DNA of 64,000 bases from Synechococcus sp. (GCA_047284725.1 JBJBEO010000001.1:448001-512000), one strand, 5' to 3'. Positions 26,303 to 36,835 are shown, counted from the first letter of the stretch. The notes: generated by a model from the sequence alone, not told the origin. Made by a program: numbers and translations.

Positions 26303-27700
26303 CTAGCCCTTGGCCACGCTCATTGCGGCAGGAACCACGATGCGATCGAAGTCCTCTGCGCTCACGTGGCCCAGCTCGAGGGCAGCAGAACGCAGGCTTG
26401 TGCCCTGGACATGGGCATGTTTTGCAATAGCCGACGCCTTTTCGTAGCCGATTGCTGGGGTCAGCGCTGTCACCAGCATCAGAGAGCTGTCCACCAGTTC
26501 ATGGATTCGCTCTCTGCAGGGTTCCATGCCTTCCACCATCGACACCCGGAAGCAGCGGCAGGCATCGGTCAGAAGCGTGATCGCCTGGAGAAGGTTGAAC
26601 CCGATCAAAGGTTTGTAGACGTTCATCTGCAGATGGCCGCCGCTGCCAGCCATGGCGACCGCTGCATCCAGACCCATCACCTGGGTACAGACCATCGCCA
26701 TGGCTTCGCACTGGGTGGGGTTGACCTTCCCTGGCATGATCGAGCTTCCCGGTTCATTGGCCGGGAGGCTGAGCTCCCCTAAGCCAGCGCGGGGCCCACA
26801 GGCCAGCAGCCGGATGTCATTGGCAATCTTGAGCAGGCTAACCGCCAACAGGCGCAGTTGCCCCATGGCGTTGACCAGTCCGTCATGGCCAGCCATCACA
26901 GCAAATTTGTTCGTTGCGGAGCTGAATGGCAGGCCTGTGATCCGTGCCAGTTCTTGGGCGGCTTGCACGGAAAAGCCCTCAGGGGCGTTCAGACCGGTGC
27001 CCACCGCCGTACCACCGAGGGGGAGAGGCAGCACTTCCGCCAGGCTGGTGTCGATTCGCTGGGCGGCCATTGCCACCTGATCGCGCCAGGCGGAAGCTTC
27101 TTGGCCGAGGGTGAGTGGTACGGCGTCTTGGAGGTGGGTGCGGCCGATCTTCACGATCGAGCCCCACGACACGGCTTTCTGGGCAAAAGCGGAGGTCAGC
27201 TGTGCCAGTTCGGGGAGCAGGCGCCGACTGATCGCTTCGGCAGCTGCCACGTGGATTGCCGCAGGGAAGGCGTCATTGGTTGATTGGGAACGGTTGACAT
27301 GGTCGTTGGGGTGAACCGGCTGGTTCCCTCCGAGGGGTTGGCCCTCCGCACGGGCGATCAGATTGCTGATCACCTCATTGACGTTCATGTTGGTTTGCGT
27401 GCCACTTCCGGTCTGCCAGACCTTCAGTGGGAAGTGCTCGTCGTGCTGACCAGCGGCAATGGCGGCTGCGGCTTCGACAATCCGATCACAGCGCCGCTGG
27501 TCGAGCACTCCCAGTCGGGCATTGGTGAGCGCGGCCGCTTGTTTGATCGTGGCCAATGCATGGATCAGTTCAACCGGGATGCGGTCGGCGGCGATGGCGA
27601 AGTTCTGGAGCGAGCGTTGGGTCTGGGCACCCCAGAGAGCATCAGCAGGGACTTCGATCGATCCCATGCTGTCGTTCTCAATCCGTGTCTCTGCCGCCAT
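26303..27700 (-). CDS. fumC: Class II fumarate hydratase
   Basis: WQTGSGTQTNMN, SQSTND, KIGRTHLQDA, GSSIMPGKVNP; ATG 27700. Confidence 0.97.
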   Translation of the reverse strand: MAAETRIENDSMGSIEVPADALWGAQTQRSLQNFAIAADRIPVELIHALATIKQAAALTNARLGVLDQRRCDRIVEAAAAIAAGQHDEHFPLKVWQTGSGTQTNMNVNEVISNLIARAEGQPLGGNQPVHPNDHVNRSQSTNDAFPAAIHVAAAEAISRRLLPELAQLTSAFAQKAVSWGSIVKIGRTHLQDAVPLTLGQEASAWRDQVAMAAQRIDTSLAEVLPLPLGGTAVGTGLNAPEGFSVQAAQELARITGLPFSSATNKFAVMAGHDGLVNAMGQLRLLAVSLLKIANDIRLLACGPRAGLGELSLPANEPGSSIMPGKVNPTQCEAMAMVCTQVMGLDAAVAMAGSGGHLQMNVYKPLIGFNLLQAITLLTDACRCFRVSMVEGMEPCRERIHELVDSSLMLVTALTPAIGYEKASAIAKHAHVQGTSLRSAALELGHVSAEDFDRIVVPAAMSVAKG

Positions 27701-27757
27701 CTGGTCTGCGCCCCGCGGGAACGCTGTTGCACAGCGCTTCATCCTGCCAGCAGGCAT

Positions 27758-27868
27758 TCAGTCGTTCGCGCTGGGCCTCAGCACCAGCCACACGATCAGC
27801 AGTAAACCCGTGGTGCTGACCAGGGTGTAGATCCAGTCGGCGTAGGGTGTCCAGAACAGGGCAGCCAT
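27758..27868 (-). CDS. Small single-pass membrane protein (36 aa) between purB and fumC
   Basis: Not in ORF track. MAALFWTPYADWIYTLVSTTGLLLIVWLVLRPSAND; starts 7 nt after the purB stop. Confidence 0.62.
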   Translation of the reverse strand: MAALFWTPYADWIYTLVSTTGLLLIVWLVLRPSAND

Positions 27869-27875
27869 GAGCCGG

Positions 27876-29171
27876 TCAGAGACCAAGACGCTCCCAGATC
27901 ACACCGAGGTTGGCTTGGTGGAGGTCCGTGCTGAAACAGTCGGCGAGTTGCTCAGCGTTCAGCTTGCTGGTGACCTCTGGATCAGCGGCCAGGTTGGCGC
28001 GGAAGTCTCCGCCGTCAGTGTTCCAAGCGGTGTGGGCATTGCGTTGCACGACGCTGTAAGCGTCTTCTCGGCTCATGCCGGCATCCACGAGGCCGAGAAG
28101 CACCCGCTGGCTGAACACCACACCGCCATAGACATTCATGTTGCGGAGCATGTTGCCGGGATAGACACCGAGGCCAGCGATGACAGCGGTCATTTCCCGA
28201 AGCATGAAATGCAGGGTGACGGAGCAGTCGGGCAACATCATTCGCTCTGTGGAACTGTGGCTGATGTCGCGCTCGTGCCACAGGGCCACATTCTCAAGAG
28301 CCGCGACCACATAGCTGCGCAGCACTCGGGCCAGGCCGCTGATGCGCTCGCTGCGGATCGGATTGCGTTTGTGGGGCATGGCTGAGCTGCCCTTCTGCCC
28401 CTTCGCGAAGCTTTCTTCCACCTCGAGCACATCGGTGCGCTGCAAGTTGCGGATTTCAGTGGCGAAGCGATCTAATGAGGCTCCCACCAGAGCCAGGGTC
28501 TGGATGTAATCGGCGTGACGGTCGCGGGAAATCACCTGCGTGCTGGCCGTGTCAGGGGTGAGTCCGAGCCGTTCACAGGTGAGCCTTTCCACGTCGGGAT
28601 CGGTATTGGCGTAGGTGCCCATGGCCCCGCTGATCTGACCCACAGAGACGTCGCGCTCCAGCCGCTCGAGACGCTCGGCATTCCGACGGGTTTCGGCCAG
28701 CCAGCCGGCCAATTTGAAGCCGAAGGTGATCGGTTCGCCATGAATGGCGTGGGAGCGGCCGATCATCACCGTGGCTTTGTGTTCAGCCGCCAGCTTGGCG
28801 ATGGCGGTATCGAGGGCTGCCAATTCCTTGCGCAGCAGGGCTACGGAGGCCTTGAGCTGCAGGGCTACACCGGTATCCAGCACATCACTGCTGGTCATGC
28901 CCACATGGATGAAGCGACCGGCATCGCCCACGTGCTCGTTCACGTTGGTGAGGAAGGCGATCACGTCGTGGCGCACTTCCGCTTCTATTGCGAGGATCCG
29001 CTCCGGCTCAAATGCCGCCTTGGTACGGATGTCCTGCATCGCTGCCTCGGGCACGCGACCGAGACTGCAATTGGCTTCACACGCGGCCACCTCCACGTCG
29101 AGCCAGCTTTGATATTTGGCTCTGTCAGTCCAGAGCTCGCCCATTTCGGGCAGGGTGTATCTCTCGATCAA
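27876..29171 (-). CDS. purB: Adenylosuccinate lyase
   Basis: (M)IERYTLPEM, RHDVIAF, GMTSSDVLD, GRSHAIH, GSSAMPHKRNP; TTG start at 29171 gives 431 aa. Confidence 0.97.
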   Translation of the reverse strand: MIERYTLPEMGELWTDRAKYQSWLDVEVAACEANCSLGRVPEAAMQDIRTKAAFEPERILAIEAEVRHDVIAFLTNVNEHVGDAGRFIHVGMTSSDVLDTGVALQLKASVALLRKELAALDTAIAKLAAEHKATVMIGRSHAIHGEPITFGFKLAGWLAETRRNAERLERLERDVSVGQISGAMGTYANTDPDVERLTCERLGLTPDTASTQVISRDRHADYIQTLALVGASLDRFATEIRNLQRTDVLEVEESFAKGQKGSSAMPHKRNPIRSERISGLARVLRSYVVAALENVALWHERDISHSSTERMMLPDCSVTLHFMLREMTAVIAGLGVYPGNMLRNMNVYGGVVFSQRVLLGLVDAGMSREDAYSVVQRNAHTAWNTDGGDFRANLAADPEVTSKLNAEQLADCFSTDLHQANLGVIWERLGL

Positions 29172-29214
29172 GGCCAGCGCGTGGCAACGACCACACCAAT
29201 GTATGGCCCGGCCT

Positions 29215-29478
29215 TCAGGCGGAATGCAGGCGTTGGTGCTCCACTTCCCACTGAACATGCCTGCCCCACGCCTGTTGGCGCACCAGGCAGCGTCCACCAC
29301 GGCAGTGAATCACCTGGAAAGGAGGCAGGTCTTCCGGATGGTTGTCGAGAGTGACGAAGCTTCCAGGTGCCAGCAGTTCGAGAACATCAAGCCTGCTGTC
29401 CTGAACCACTGCCGTGGGGGCACGTTGATCACGGTCGCGACGAGGCAGGTGATTGCGGGGTGGCTTACTGGCGGACAC
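29215..29478 (-). CDS. Hypothetical protein (87 aa)
   Basis: Co-oriented with purB; LAPGSFVTLDNHPEDLPPFQVIHCRGGRCLVRQQAW looks like a small beta-rich domain. Confidence 0.68.
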   Translation of the reverse strand: MSASKPPRNHLPRRDRDQRAPTAVVQDSRLDVLELLAPGSFVTLDNHPEDLPPFQVIHCRGGRCLVRQQAWGRHVQWEVEHQRLHSA

Positions 29479-29575
29479 GTCCTGGCGGGCGGCTTGGACT
29501 GATCTTCCCGGAGGTCTGGGCTTCTTGAGGGATCCCCCCGGATTTGTTCGGTTTCTGGTCTGCTTTTATGACGAA

Positions 29576-30433
29576 ATGGCACAGAAGACCCGTTTGGACC
29601 AGCATCTGCTGACTCTCGGCCTTGTGCCGACCCGTCAGCAGGCGCAGCAGCTGATCCGGGCCGGCAAGGTGCGCGATGGCCGTGGCTTGTTGCTGGATAA
29701 ACCTGGTCAGCAGGTGTCGGCTGATCTGGCGGTGCGGGTGGAGACCCCGCCACGTTTCGTTTCACGGGGTGGTGAAAAGCTGCTTGGCGCTCTGGAAACG
29801 TTCCCCTTGGAGGTGGAGGGCCGGGTGTGTCTTGATGGTGGAATCTCCACCGGTGGGTTTACTGATTGCCTGCTTCAGCACGGGGCCAGCCGTGTTTATG
29901 GCATTGATGTGGGTTATGGCCAGACCGCCTGGAGGCTGCGCACTGATCCAAGGGTTGTGTTGCGCGAGCGCACCAACCTGCGGCGTCTCACTCCAGAGGG
30001 GTTGTACGGACCCGAAGACCCACTCCCGGATTTGGCCGTTGCAGATGTGTCGTTCATTTCGCTCGGCCTGGTGATGCCCGCGATCAAGGCATTGCTGCGG
30101 CAGGAAGGGAGCGAAGCGTTGCTGTTGGTGAAGCCCCAGTTCGAAGTGGGGCGCGCTCGCGTTGGCAAGGGCGGTGTGGTGCGCGATCCGGAGGCCCATC
30201 GCGACGCCTTACGTGGTGTGATTGAAGCGGCTGCTCCGCTGGGATGGGTCGCGCGGGGCTTGGTTGGATCGCCGATTACAGGCCCAGCGGGTAATCACGA
30301 ATATTTGCTGTGGCTCCGCGATCCTGCTGTGTCCACATCGCTTGATGCCGATTCTCCGCAGACGCAACTGCTACCGCTGATTGATGAGGAAGAGATAGCA
30401 AGGGTGGTGAATGTCACTCTGGCTGAGACGTAA
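29576..30433 (+). CDS. tlyA: TlyA family RNA 2'-O-methyltransferase (S4 + FtsJ domains)
   Basis: RLDQHL, FVSRGGEKL, DGGISTGGFTD, DVSFISL, LVKPQFE, SPITGPAGNHEY; ATG 29576. Confidence 0.94.
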   Translation: MAQKTRLDQHLLTLGLVPTRQQAQQLIRAGKVRDGRGLLLDKPGQQVSADLAVRVETPPRFVSRGGEKLLGALETFPLEVEGRVCLDGGISTGGFTDCLLQHGASRVYGIDVGYGQTAWRLRTDPRVVLRERTNLRRLTPEGLYGPEDPLPDLAVADVSFISLGLVMPAIKALLRQEGSEALLLVKPQFEVGRARVGKGGVVRDPEAHRDALRGVIEAAAPLGWVARGLVGSPITGPAGNHEYLLWLRDPAVSTSLDADSPQTQLLPLIDEEEIARVVNVTLAET

Positions 30434-30469
30434 AGGCCAGCATCGTCGGGCTGGCCTGACGGTTCACTC

Positions 30470-30916
<447 letters not shown>

Positions 30917-30950
30917 CTAGCCCATTACGGCGTAGCCCTGCATGGGGAAA

Positions 30951-30966
30951 TGTATGGCTTGCTACA
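30951..30966 (-). promoter_or_regulatory. NtcA binding site upstream of glnB
   Basis: TGTA-TGGCTTGC-TACA matches the GTA-N8-TAC consensus. A -10-like CGTAAT lies 22 nt downstream on the minus strand (30929-30924). Confidence 0.82.
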
Positions 30967-30969
30967 GAT

Positions 30970-31197
30970 TCAGCAGTTGATTTGGCGCTGCGCTTCGGTC
31001 TGGCGGTGGTGGTAGGTGCTGCCTCGGTAGTGCAGCTCAACCTCTGGATCTTGGGCTGCCGCCTCATGGCGCAAGGGAGCTTCGTAGCAAAGGCCGCGAT
31101 AGGTGTGGCTGACGCTGTTGGGGCTGGCCTCCTCGTGCTGGCTGGGGTAGTAGGAAACGCCGCGATAGGTGCGTAGTTGGGTGGTCATGGTGGGCAT
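30970..31197 (-). CDS. DUF4278 family small protein with three YRG motifs
   Basis: RTYRGVSY, HTYRGLCY, LHYRGSTY; lies directly downstream of a glutamine riboswitch. Confidence 0.87.
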   Translation of the reverse strand: MPTMTTQLRTYRGVSYYPSQHEEASPNSVSHTYRGLCYEAPLRHEAAAQDPEVELHYRGSTYHHRQTEAQRQINC

Positions 31198-31250
31198 CTC
31201 GAAGGGATGGAGTGTTCCCGGCCGTTGGTCGGGCCCGCTTCGATCGAAGG

Positions 31251-31322
31251 AGCGTTGCTTCGCCTTGCGGATGGGCTACTTCCTGCTGGGGGTCTGACGC
31301 ATGAGGCCAGTTGAGCTCAACG
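31251..31322 (-). ncRNA. Glutamine riboswitch, type I (glnA RNA motif)
   Basis: Minus strand CGTTG-[P2]-GGAAGTAG-CCCATCCGCAAGGC-GAAG-CAACGCT: P1 CGTTG/CAACG, conserved GGAAGTA and GAAG E-loop strands, located in the 5' UTR of a DUF4278 gene. Confidence 0.85.
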
Positions 31323-31466
31323 TTTTGTCCTTCAATGCTGTTTTACGCGAAAAACGCTGTTCACAGTGGACAGTTTGGCAATTACGGCATGAAAGTTTTC
31401 TGAAGAGTTTTGGGTCGTGGAGTCGGGTCGCCAAGATCTAGGGTCTGTTTTCACTGATGCTGAGTT

Positions 31467-31877
31467 GTGAGCGAAGTCGCCTCTGATGCCACGCGGACCC
31501 CGCTGTATGGGGAAAGGGCGATAGCCGATGCCGCCTTGATTTGTTTCGATAATCCCAGGCCCGGGCGTTCCTATGAAGTGTCGATCGAGTTGCCGGAGTT
31601 CACCTGTCTGTGTCCTTTTTCCGGTTACCCCGATTTCGCAGTCTTGCGGCTCCTGTACCAGCCCGGTCCCCGGGTGGTGGAGTTGAAGGCGATCAAGCTG
31701 TATGTGAACAGCTATCGCGACCGGACCATTTCCCATGAGGAAGTGGCCAACAGGATTCTCGATGATCTGGTGGCGGCTTGCGATCCAGTTTGGATGCAGC
31801 TGGAGGCCGACTTCAACCCCCGTGGCAATGTTCACACCGTGGTGCGTGTTACGCACGGATCGCGTCAGCCCTGCTGA
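31467..31877 (+). CDS. queF: preQ0 reductase (NADPH-dependent 7-cyano-7-deazaguanine reductase)
   Basis: [34 protein letters not shown]. Confidence 0.96.
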   Translation: MSEVASDATRTPLYGERAIADAALICFDNPRPGRSYEVSIELPEFTCLCPFSGYPDFAVLRLLYQPGPRVVELKAIKLYVNSYRDRTISHEEVANRILDDLVAACDPVWMQLEADFNPRGNVHTVVRVTHGSRQPC

Positions 31878-33144
31878 TCAGGTTCGGGAAGTCTTGAGCG
31901 AAGCCGCTGAGATTGCGGTTGCAGAGCCCGGCCACGTGCAGTTTCTGATGGTGGCGATCTCCAACGGCCCACAGCTGTCGCGTGGCAATCAGGCTGAGTC
32001 CACCCCCCAGCAGAGTGATGGCGAATCCCGTGTAGACCAGTGGCACGCCTGGATCGCGCTTGAGAAGCAATCCGCTTGCAGGCATCACGTCAATGACACG
32101 GACCGGCACGCCATTGATTTCGGCTGCGGTTCCACCGGGTCGCAGATTGGTGATCAGTTCACCGCCTTCGCCAAACACCTGCACAGGCCCTGCTTCGCTG
32201 CCCAGGGTCAGCAGCACCGGCTGGCTGCCATCGGGGCGTGTCGGCAGCACCAACCCCCAAAGCTGATCGCCGAGTTCGGGGAATGCCTGCAGCGGAAGCT
32301 GCAGATAAGGGCTGCTGCCAAATTGCAGTGTGATCGTGGCTAACGACCAGTCGGCTTGATAGACGGTCATGCCGCGATAACGCAGGGGATGATTGACGCT
32401 GATTTCCCGTTGTTCCTCGACGCCATTCCCAGACGGAGACAGGGTCAGTTTTGAGCGGAACTGTTCGGTGCGTCCGGCCGGATCTCGCTCGATGCTGAAT
32501 TGATCCAGGGTGAGGCTGACTTGGCTCGTTCCCTGTCGATCCAGGAGATCCAGGCTGCGACCTGGGGCTAAAAACCGTTCGATCCTGTTGCCTGCAAGAG
32601 CCCCCCAGGCGGCTCCCAGCATCAGCAGCACCAGGCCGGTGTGCACCAACAGAGGACCGACTCTGCCGCTCACCCCTCTTCGTGCCGCCAGACGTCCACT
32701 GGTCGCCTGTACCTGCCAGCCCTGGGAGCGGAGGCTTGTGGCCAACGCTTTGAGATCCTGTTCAGGATCCGAGCTGGGGATGGTTTCCGCGAGCGCCATC
32801 TTGCTGAGCTGACGTGGCTCTCGGTAATCGATCCAGCGAAGAGCGGACTGCAGTGCAGGCCACTGGCGTCTCCAGCTGCAGAGGATGAGGGCGAGCCCCA
32901 GCCATGCCAGAAGAGCGAGGAACCAACCACTGGAGTAGACCCGGTCGAGCTGCAGCTGCAGCATGAGATCACCACTGATCAGTCCCAACCACGGATTTGC
33001 ATTGAACCGGCTGAGGTACAGATCGGCAGCTTCCCCCTGGGGAAGGATGGTGCCGATGGCGCTGGCGCTGGCGATCAGCAGCAGGAGAAGGATCGCCAGC
33101 CTCAGATCGGAGAGGACAGCAGCAAGACGTTTGAGCAAGGCCAT
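31849..33144 (-). CDS. ccs1: Cytochrome c biogenesis protein Ccs1/ResB
   Basis: [13 protein letters not shown]...[49 protein letters not shown]. Confidence 0.94.
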   Translation of the reverse strand: MALLKRLAAVLSDLRLAILLLLLIASASAIGTILPQGEAADLYLSRFNANPWLGLISGDLMLQLQLDRVYSSGWFLALLAWLGLALILCSWRRQWPALQSALRWIDYREPRQLSKMALAETIPSSDPEQDLKALATSLRSQGWQVQATSGRLAARRGVSGRVGPLLVHTGLVLLMLGAAWGALAGNRIERFLAPGRSLDLLDRQGTSQVSLTLDQFSIERDPAGRTEQFRSKLTLSPSGNGVEEQREISVNHPLRYRGMTVYQADWSLATITLQFGSSPYLQLPLQAFPELGDQLWGLVLPTRPDGSQPVLLTLGSEAGPVQVFGEGGELITNLRPGGTAAEINGVPVRVIDVMPASGLLLKRDPGVPLVYTGFAITLLGGGLSLIATRQLWAVGDRHHQKLHVAGLCNRNLSGFAQDFPNLISRADAIRA

Positions 33145-33147
33145 CGA

Positions 33148-33783
33148 TCAGGTCAAGCGAGCCAGCAGGGTGAGCATCCCGGTGCAGATCAGCACAGCAC
33201 CACTCAACGGAGGCACCCAGCGGCCAATGGGACGCAGGGCCAGCAATTTGGGAACACTGGCCGCGGCACTGCCAGCAATCATCAGTGGCAACACCTGGCC
33301 AACCCCAAAGCTGGTGAGCAGCAGTACGCCCACCACCGGGTTGCCACTGGTGGAAATCCAACCCAGCAGCACGGCCAACACTGGCGTGGTGCATGGAGAG
33401 GCTGCGAGGCCAAAGGCCAGGCCTGCTGCGATGGGTGCCAAAGGAGCCGGGACGCGCTTGGTCCAGCTCATGGGATCCGGGCCCGATGGCAGCGGGATTC
33501 GCACGAGGCCAAGCAGGTTGAGGCCCATCAACACGGCCAGCAGGGCCACCAGGCTGGGCACGACATCCGGTACCTGGCCGTAGATCTTTCCCACCAGTCC
33601 ACTGAGGCTTCCCAGCACCACTAAGGCCCCGACAATGCCTGCGCAGAACAGTGAACTGCGCTGCCAAGAGGTTTGTCGTGTTTCGAAGCCAGCCAGGTAG
33701 GCAAGGGTCACCGGCAACAACGACAGGGAGCATGGCCCCAGACTGGTGAGTGCTCCTCCAGCGAACACCAGGCCAAGCGTCAA
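33148..33783 (-). CDS. ccdA: Cytochrome c biogenesis thiol-disulfide membrane protein CcdA
   Basis: LTSLGPCSLSLLP and ASPCTTPVL cysteine pair. True start may be upstream (see findings). Confidence 0.93.
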   Translation of the reverse strand: MTLGLVFAGGALTSLGPCSLSLLPVTLAYLAGFETRQTSWQRSSLFCAGIVGALVVLGSLSGLVGKIYGQVPDVVPSLVALLAVLMGLNLLGLVRIPLPSGPDPMSWTKRVPAPLAPIAAGLAFGLAASPCTTPVLAVLLGWISTSGNPVVGVLLLTSFGVGQVLPLMIAGSAAASVPKLLALRPIGRWVPPLSGAVLICTGMLTLLARLT

Positions 33784-33924
33784 GGGGCCCGGTTGATTGA
33801 GTGCTTGGCTCAGCAGAAGCTCACTGCGTTGTGCCAGATCTGGCAGATCCAGGAATGCACTCGCCAGGAGGTCGTTGTGAATGGTCGTCGCCGGATGATC
33901 CGGAACAAATTTGTGAGGCTCACC

Positions 33925-35199
33925 CTATCGAGTTGATGCCAGTCGCTGGTCGCTGCCGATTCGCCGGCGATTGGGACGTCGGCCACCGACCAGGCTCGTG
34001 GATTCCAGGGAACAGCGGATCAGCAACCCTGCGACAAAAACGCTTGACATCAGTGAATTGCCGCCATAGCTAACCATTGGCAGGGGGAGTCCGGTCGTGG
34101 GCATCGAGCCTGAGGCAACGGCAAGGTTCATCAACGACTGGCCGATCAGCAGCACGGTGCAGCCAATGGCTGTGAGCCGCGCCTGATTACTGCGGCAGCG
34201 CAGGGCAACCCTCAGTCCTAGAAAGGCCACCAGCATGAGGAAGAGGAGCAACATCACCGAACCGATAAAGCCAAACTCTTCTGCGTAGACGGCGAAGATG
34301 AAATCGGTGCTCTGGATCGGCAGGTATTGCATCTTCTGGGTGGAGAGAGCAAACCCCTGGCCGAAGACCCCACCCGAGCCAATGGCGAGCAGGCTCTGCA
34401 CCAGTTGATAGCCATTCCCCTGAGGGTCTTGCCAGGGGTCTAGAAACGAAATGACCCTCAGGCGTTGGTAGTCGTTGAACAGGATGCTTGTGATGCCGAG
34501 ACTGGCTCCTGCCAGGGCCGTGCCGAACAACGTGCGCAGACGTAAGCCTGCACTGAAGGCCATCAGCCAAAGCAGGAGGCCTGTGAGCGCGGCAGTGCTG
34601 AGGTTGGGTTGCTTGAGGATCAGCAGAATCAACGCAGCGAAGCTGCCAATCCAGAGCAGTTTCTGATCGGTGGCACTGCGTTTCCACTGGGCAAACAGGC
34701 TTGCCGCCTGGAGCACCACAAAGGGTTTGACCAATTCGGAAGGTTGAATCTGCAATGGCCCGATCACCAGCCATCGGCTCGCTCCATTCACGGTGCTGCC
34801 GAAGACCAGTGTTGCGGCGACGAGCACACAGCCAAGCCATACCCCTGGACCAGCCACTTTCATCCATCGACGCAGGTCGGTGCTGATCGCCATCGCGAGC
34901 AGTCCCCAGCTTGCCGTCATCCAGATCAGCTGTCGTTTGAGGTAGTAGGCGCCTTCTCCCATTTCACGGCTGGCGACCCACCAGCTGGCAGAGGCGAGGA
35001 TCAGCAATCCCCCCAGGCTCCAGATCGCGGTGAGACTGAGCAGCAAGCGTGCTTCAGCGGGCCAGAGCGACCAGTCCAAGGGCAAGGCTTGTCGCCAAAG
35101 CTTGCTTCTGGCTTCCACGCAGGAGGCCTGGTTCTTGGTCCTCCCCTGATGCGCCCTGGACCTCGAGGATGGGTTCACGCTCTTGCGGTTCAAGGACAC
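33925..35199 (-). CDS. ftsW: SEDS family peptidoglycan glycosyltransferase FtsW
   Basis: NGASRWL, IQPSELVK, QPNLST, GYQLVQSLLAIGSGG, TDFIFAVYAEEFG, PTTGLPLPMVSYGG. Confidence 0.93.
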   Translation of the reverse strand: MSLNRKSVNPSSRSRAHQGRTKNQASCVEARSKLWRQALPLDWSLWPAEARLLLSLTAIWSLGGLLILASASWWVASREMGEGAYYLKRQLIWMTASWGLLAMAISTDLRRWMKVAGPGVWLGCVLVAATLVFGSTVNGASRWLVIGPLQIQPSELVKPFVVLQAASLFAQWKRSATDQKLLWIGSFAALILLILKQPNLSTAALTGLLLWLMAFSAGLRLRTLFGTALAGASLGITSILFNDYQRLRVISFLDPWQDPQGNGYQLVQSLLAIGSGGVFGQGFALSTQKMQYLPIQSTDFIFAVYAEEFGFIGSVMLLLFLMLVAFLGLRVALRCRSNQARLTAIGCTVLLIGQSLMNLAVASGSMPTTGLPLPMVSYGGNSLMSSVFVAGLLIRCSLESTSLVGGRRPNRRRIGSDQRLASTR

Positions 35200-35253
35200 T
35201 GGGCCAGGGAGCCCTATTCAGCCGTCTTGAGGAACATTTGCCAAGGCGACTCC

Positions 35254-35282
35254 AAAAAAAATCCCGGCGTAAGGCCGGGATT
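35254..35282 (-). terminator. Intrinsic terminator after apcC
   Basis: Minus strand AATCCCGGC-CTTAC-GCCGGGATT followed by a U-run. Confidence 0.85.
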
Positions 35283-35302
35283 GGTCAATCAGAGAGCGGT
35301 TG

Positions 35303-35503
35303 TCAGTTGCCGACGTTGACCTGACGGCCTCCGGTGCACAGTTCAACTTTGATAATTCGCCCACCTTGTTTTTGGATTCGCTGCTGCTCAGCGAACCAGC
35401 TGTCATAAGGAACCCACTTCGTGAAGAAGGTGTTTTGCAGCTCGCGTTGCGTCCGAACTTTTTCAGGGCTCGGAATGCAAGCAGTGACTTTGAACAACCG
35501 CAT
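35303..35503 (-). CDS. apcC: Allophycocyanin core small linker LC7.8
   Basis: MRLFKVTACIPSPEKVRTQRELQNTFFTKWVPYDSWFAEQQRIQKQGGRIIKVEL. Confidence 0.98.
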   Translation of the reverse strand: MRLFKVTACIPSPEKVRTQRELQNTFFTKWVPYDSWFAEQQRIQKQGGRIIKVELCTGGRQVNVGN

Positions 35504-35507
35504 GGGT

Positions 35508-35996
35508 TCAGTTGCCGAGGCCTGAGCAGATGTAATCGAGATAGACACCCATCTCCTTGCCAGCATCAGGGCCGACGAGACCTGCGACGACTTCCTTCAT
35601 GGCCTGGATAGCCTGAACGGTTGCGCCGATGGGAACGCCAAGGGAGTTATAGGTCTCCTTGAGGCCGTTTAGGACACGCTCATCGAGGATGGAGGTGTCA
35701 CCGGCCAGCATGGCGTAGGTGGAATAGCGGAGGTAATAGTCCAGATCGCGAATGCAAGCTGCATAGCGACGCGTGGTGTACATGTTGCCGCCAGGACGGG
35801 TGATGTCCGAATAGAGCAGTGCCTTGGCAACGGCATCACGGATGATGCCGGAAGCGTTGGCACTGATCGTGGCAGCGGCGCGAACACGCAGCTCACCGCT
35901 TGCGAAATACTGCTCCAGATTGCTCATCGAAGCGGTATCGAGATACAAGCCCTGGACATCGGACTTGTTGATGACGTTGGTGATGGCGTCTTGCAT
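35508..35996 (-). CDS. apcB: Allophycocyanin beta subunit
   Basis: [20 protein letters not shown]...[22 protein letters not shown]. Confidence 0.99.
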   Translation of the reverse strand: MQDAITNVINKSDVQGLYLDTASMSNLEQYFASGELRVRAAATISANASGIIRDAVAKALLYSDITRPGGNMYTTRRYAACIRDLDYYLRYSTYAMLAGDTSILDERVLNGLKETYNSLGVPIGATVQAIQAMKEVVAGLVGPDAGKEMGVYLDYICSGLGN

Positions 35997-36032
35997 GGGT
36001 TCTCAGTAGGTGCGTGATTGGGAGGCGTTGAA

Positions 36033-36518
36033 TCAGGCGAGAGCGCCCACCACGTAATCGAAGTAGGTGCCGGCTTCTTCGGCGTCGGTGCCGGTGAGGA
36101 GGCCCATGGCCACGATTTTCATTTCACGCACGGCTGAGGCCATCGCTTCGAGGGGGGTGCCGAGGGAGCGATACAGCTCCTTGGCGCCGATCACGCCGAT
36201 CTCTTCAATCGGTGTGACATCACCCGCGACGATCCCGTAGGTCACCAGGCGCAGGTAGTAATCCATGTCGCGCAGGCAGGTGGCGGTCATCTCTTCGCCG
36301 TAGGCATTTCCGCCGGGGGAGATGACGTCAGGGCGCTTCTGAAACAGCTGCCCAGCAGCCTGTTTGACGATGCGTTCACGGCTCTCGCAGAGAACCTGGG
36401 CAACGCGAAGGCGGCGCTGGCCGCCGCTCACGAAGGCCTTGATCTGGTCGAGTTCGCCAGGGCTGAGATAGCGGGCTTCGGCGTCCGCGTTGATGATCGA
36501 GTTGGAGACGATGCTCAT
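36033..36518 (-). CDS. apcA: Allophycocyanin alpha subunit
   Basis: [23 protein letters not shown]...[13 protein letters not shown]. Confidence 0.99.
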   Translation of the reverse strand: MSIVSNSIINADAEARYLSPGELDQIKAFVSGGQRRLRVAQVLCESRERIVKQAAGQLFQKRPDVISPGGNAYGEEMTATCLRDMDYYLRLVTYGIVAGDVTPIEEIGVIGAKELYRSLGTPLEAMASAVREMKIVAMGLLTGTDAEEAGTYFDYVVGALA

Positions 36519-36764
36519 GCAGTTCTGCCTCGAAAAGCGCGGCCGCCCGAAGGAGGCCGAGATCCGGTGAATGGGTTAACGCGATCATTTTGGCTGATCG
36601 CTCAATCATTTTGCGGGTAGCGGCTGGCACTTATTCGGACTCGTTAACAGTTCTTCATGGGCAGTATGGGGGTAGATCTGCTGCGCCGCAGTCATTCTGG
36701 TGATTCGCATTTGTTGTTTTCTGCTATTGAAAATCTGCTGCTTTCTGTCAAATTAATTTTCAAT

Positions 36765-36806
36765 AAAAAGAAAATTGGCTCGCTTATTGCGAGCCAATTT
36801 TTTTTT
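36765..36806 (-). terminator. Intrinsic, potentially bidirectional terminator after apcE
   Basis: AAAATTGGCTCGC-TTATT-GCGAGCCAATTTT flanked by an A-run on the left and a T-run on the right. Confidence 0.85.
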
Positions 36807-36835
36807 AGCTTTTTGCTATTGAGTCGTTTGTTGAT

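Noticed and set aside
31849..31877. 29-nt convergent overlap of queF and ccs1
   Set aside because: Short tail-to-tail overlaps are common in compact picocyanobacterial genomes.
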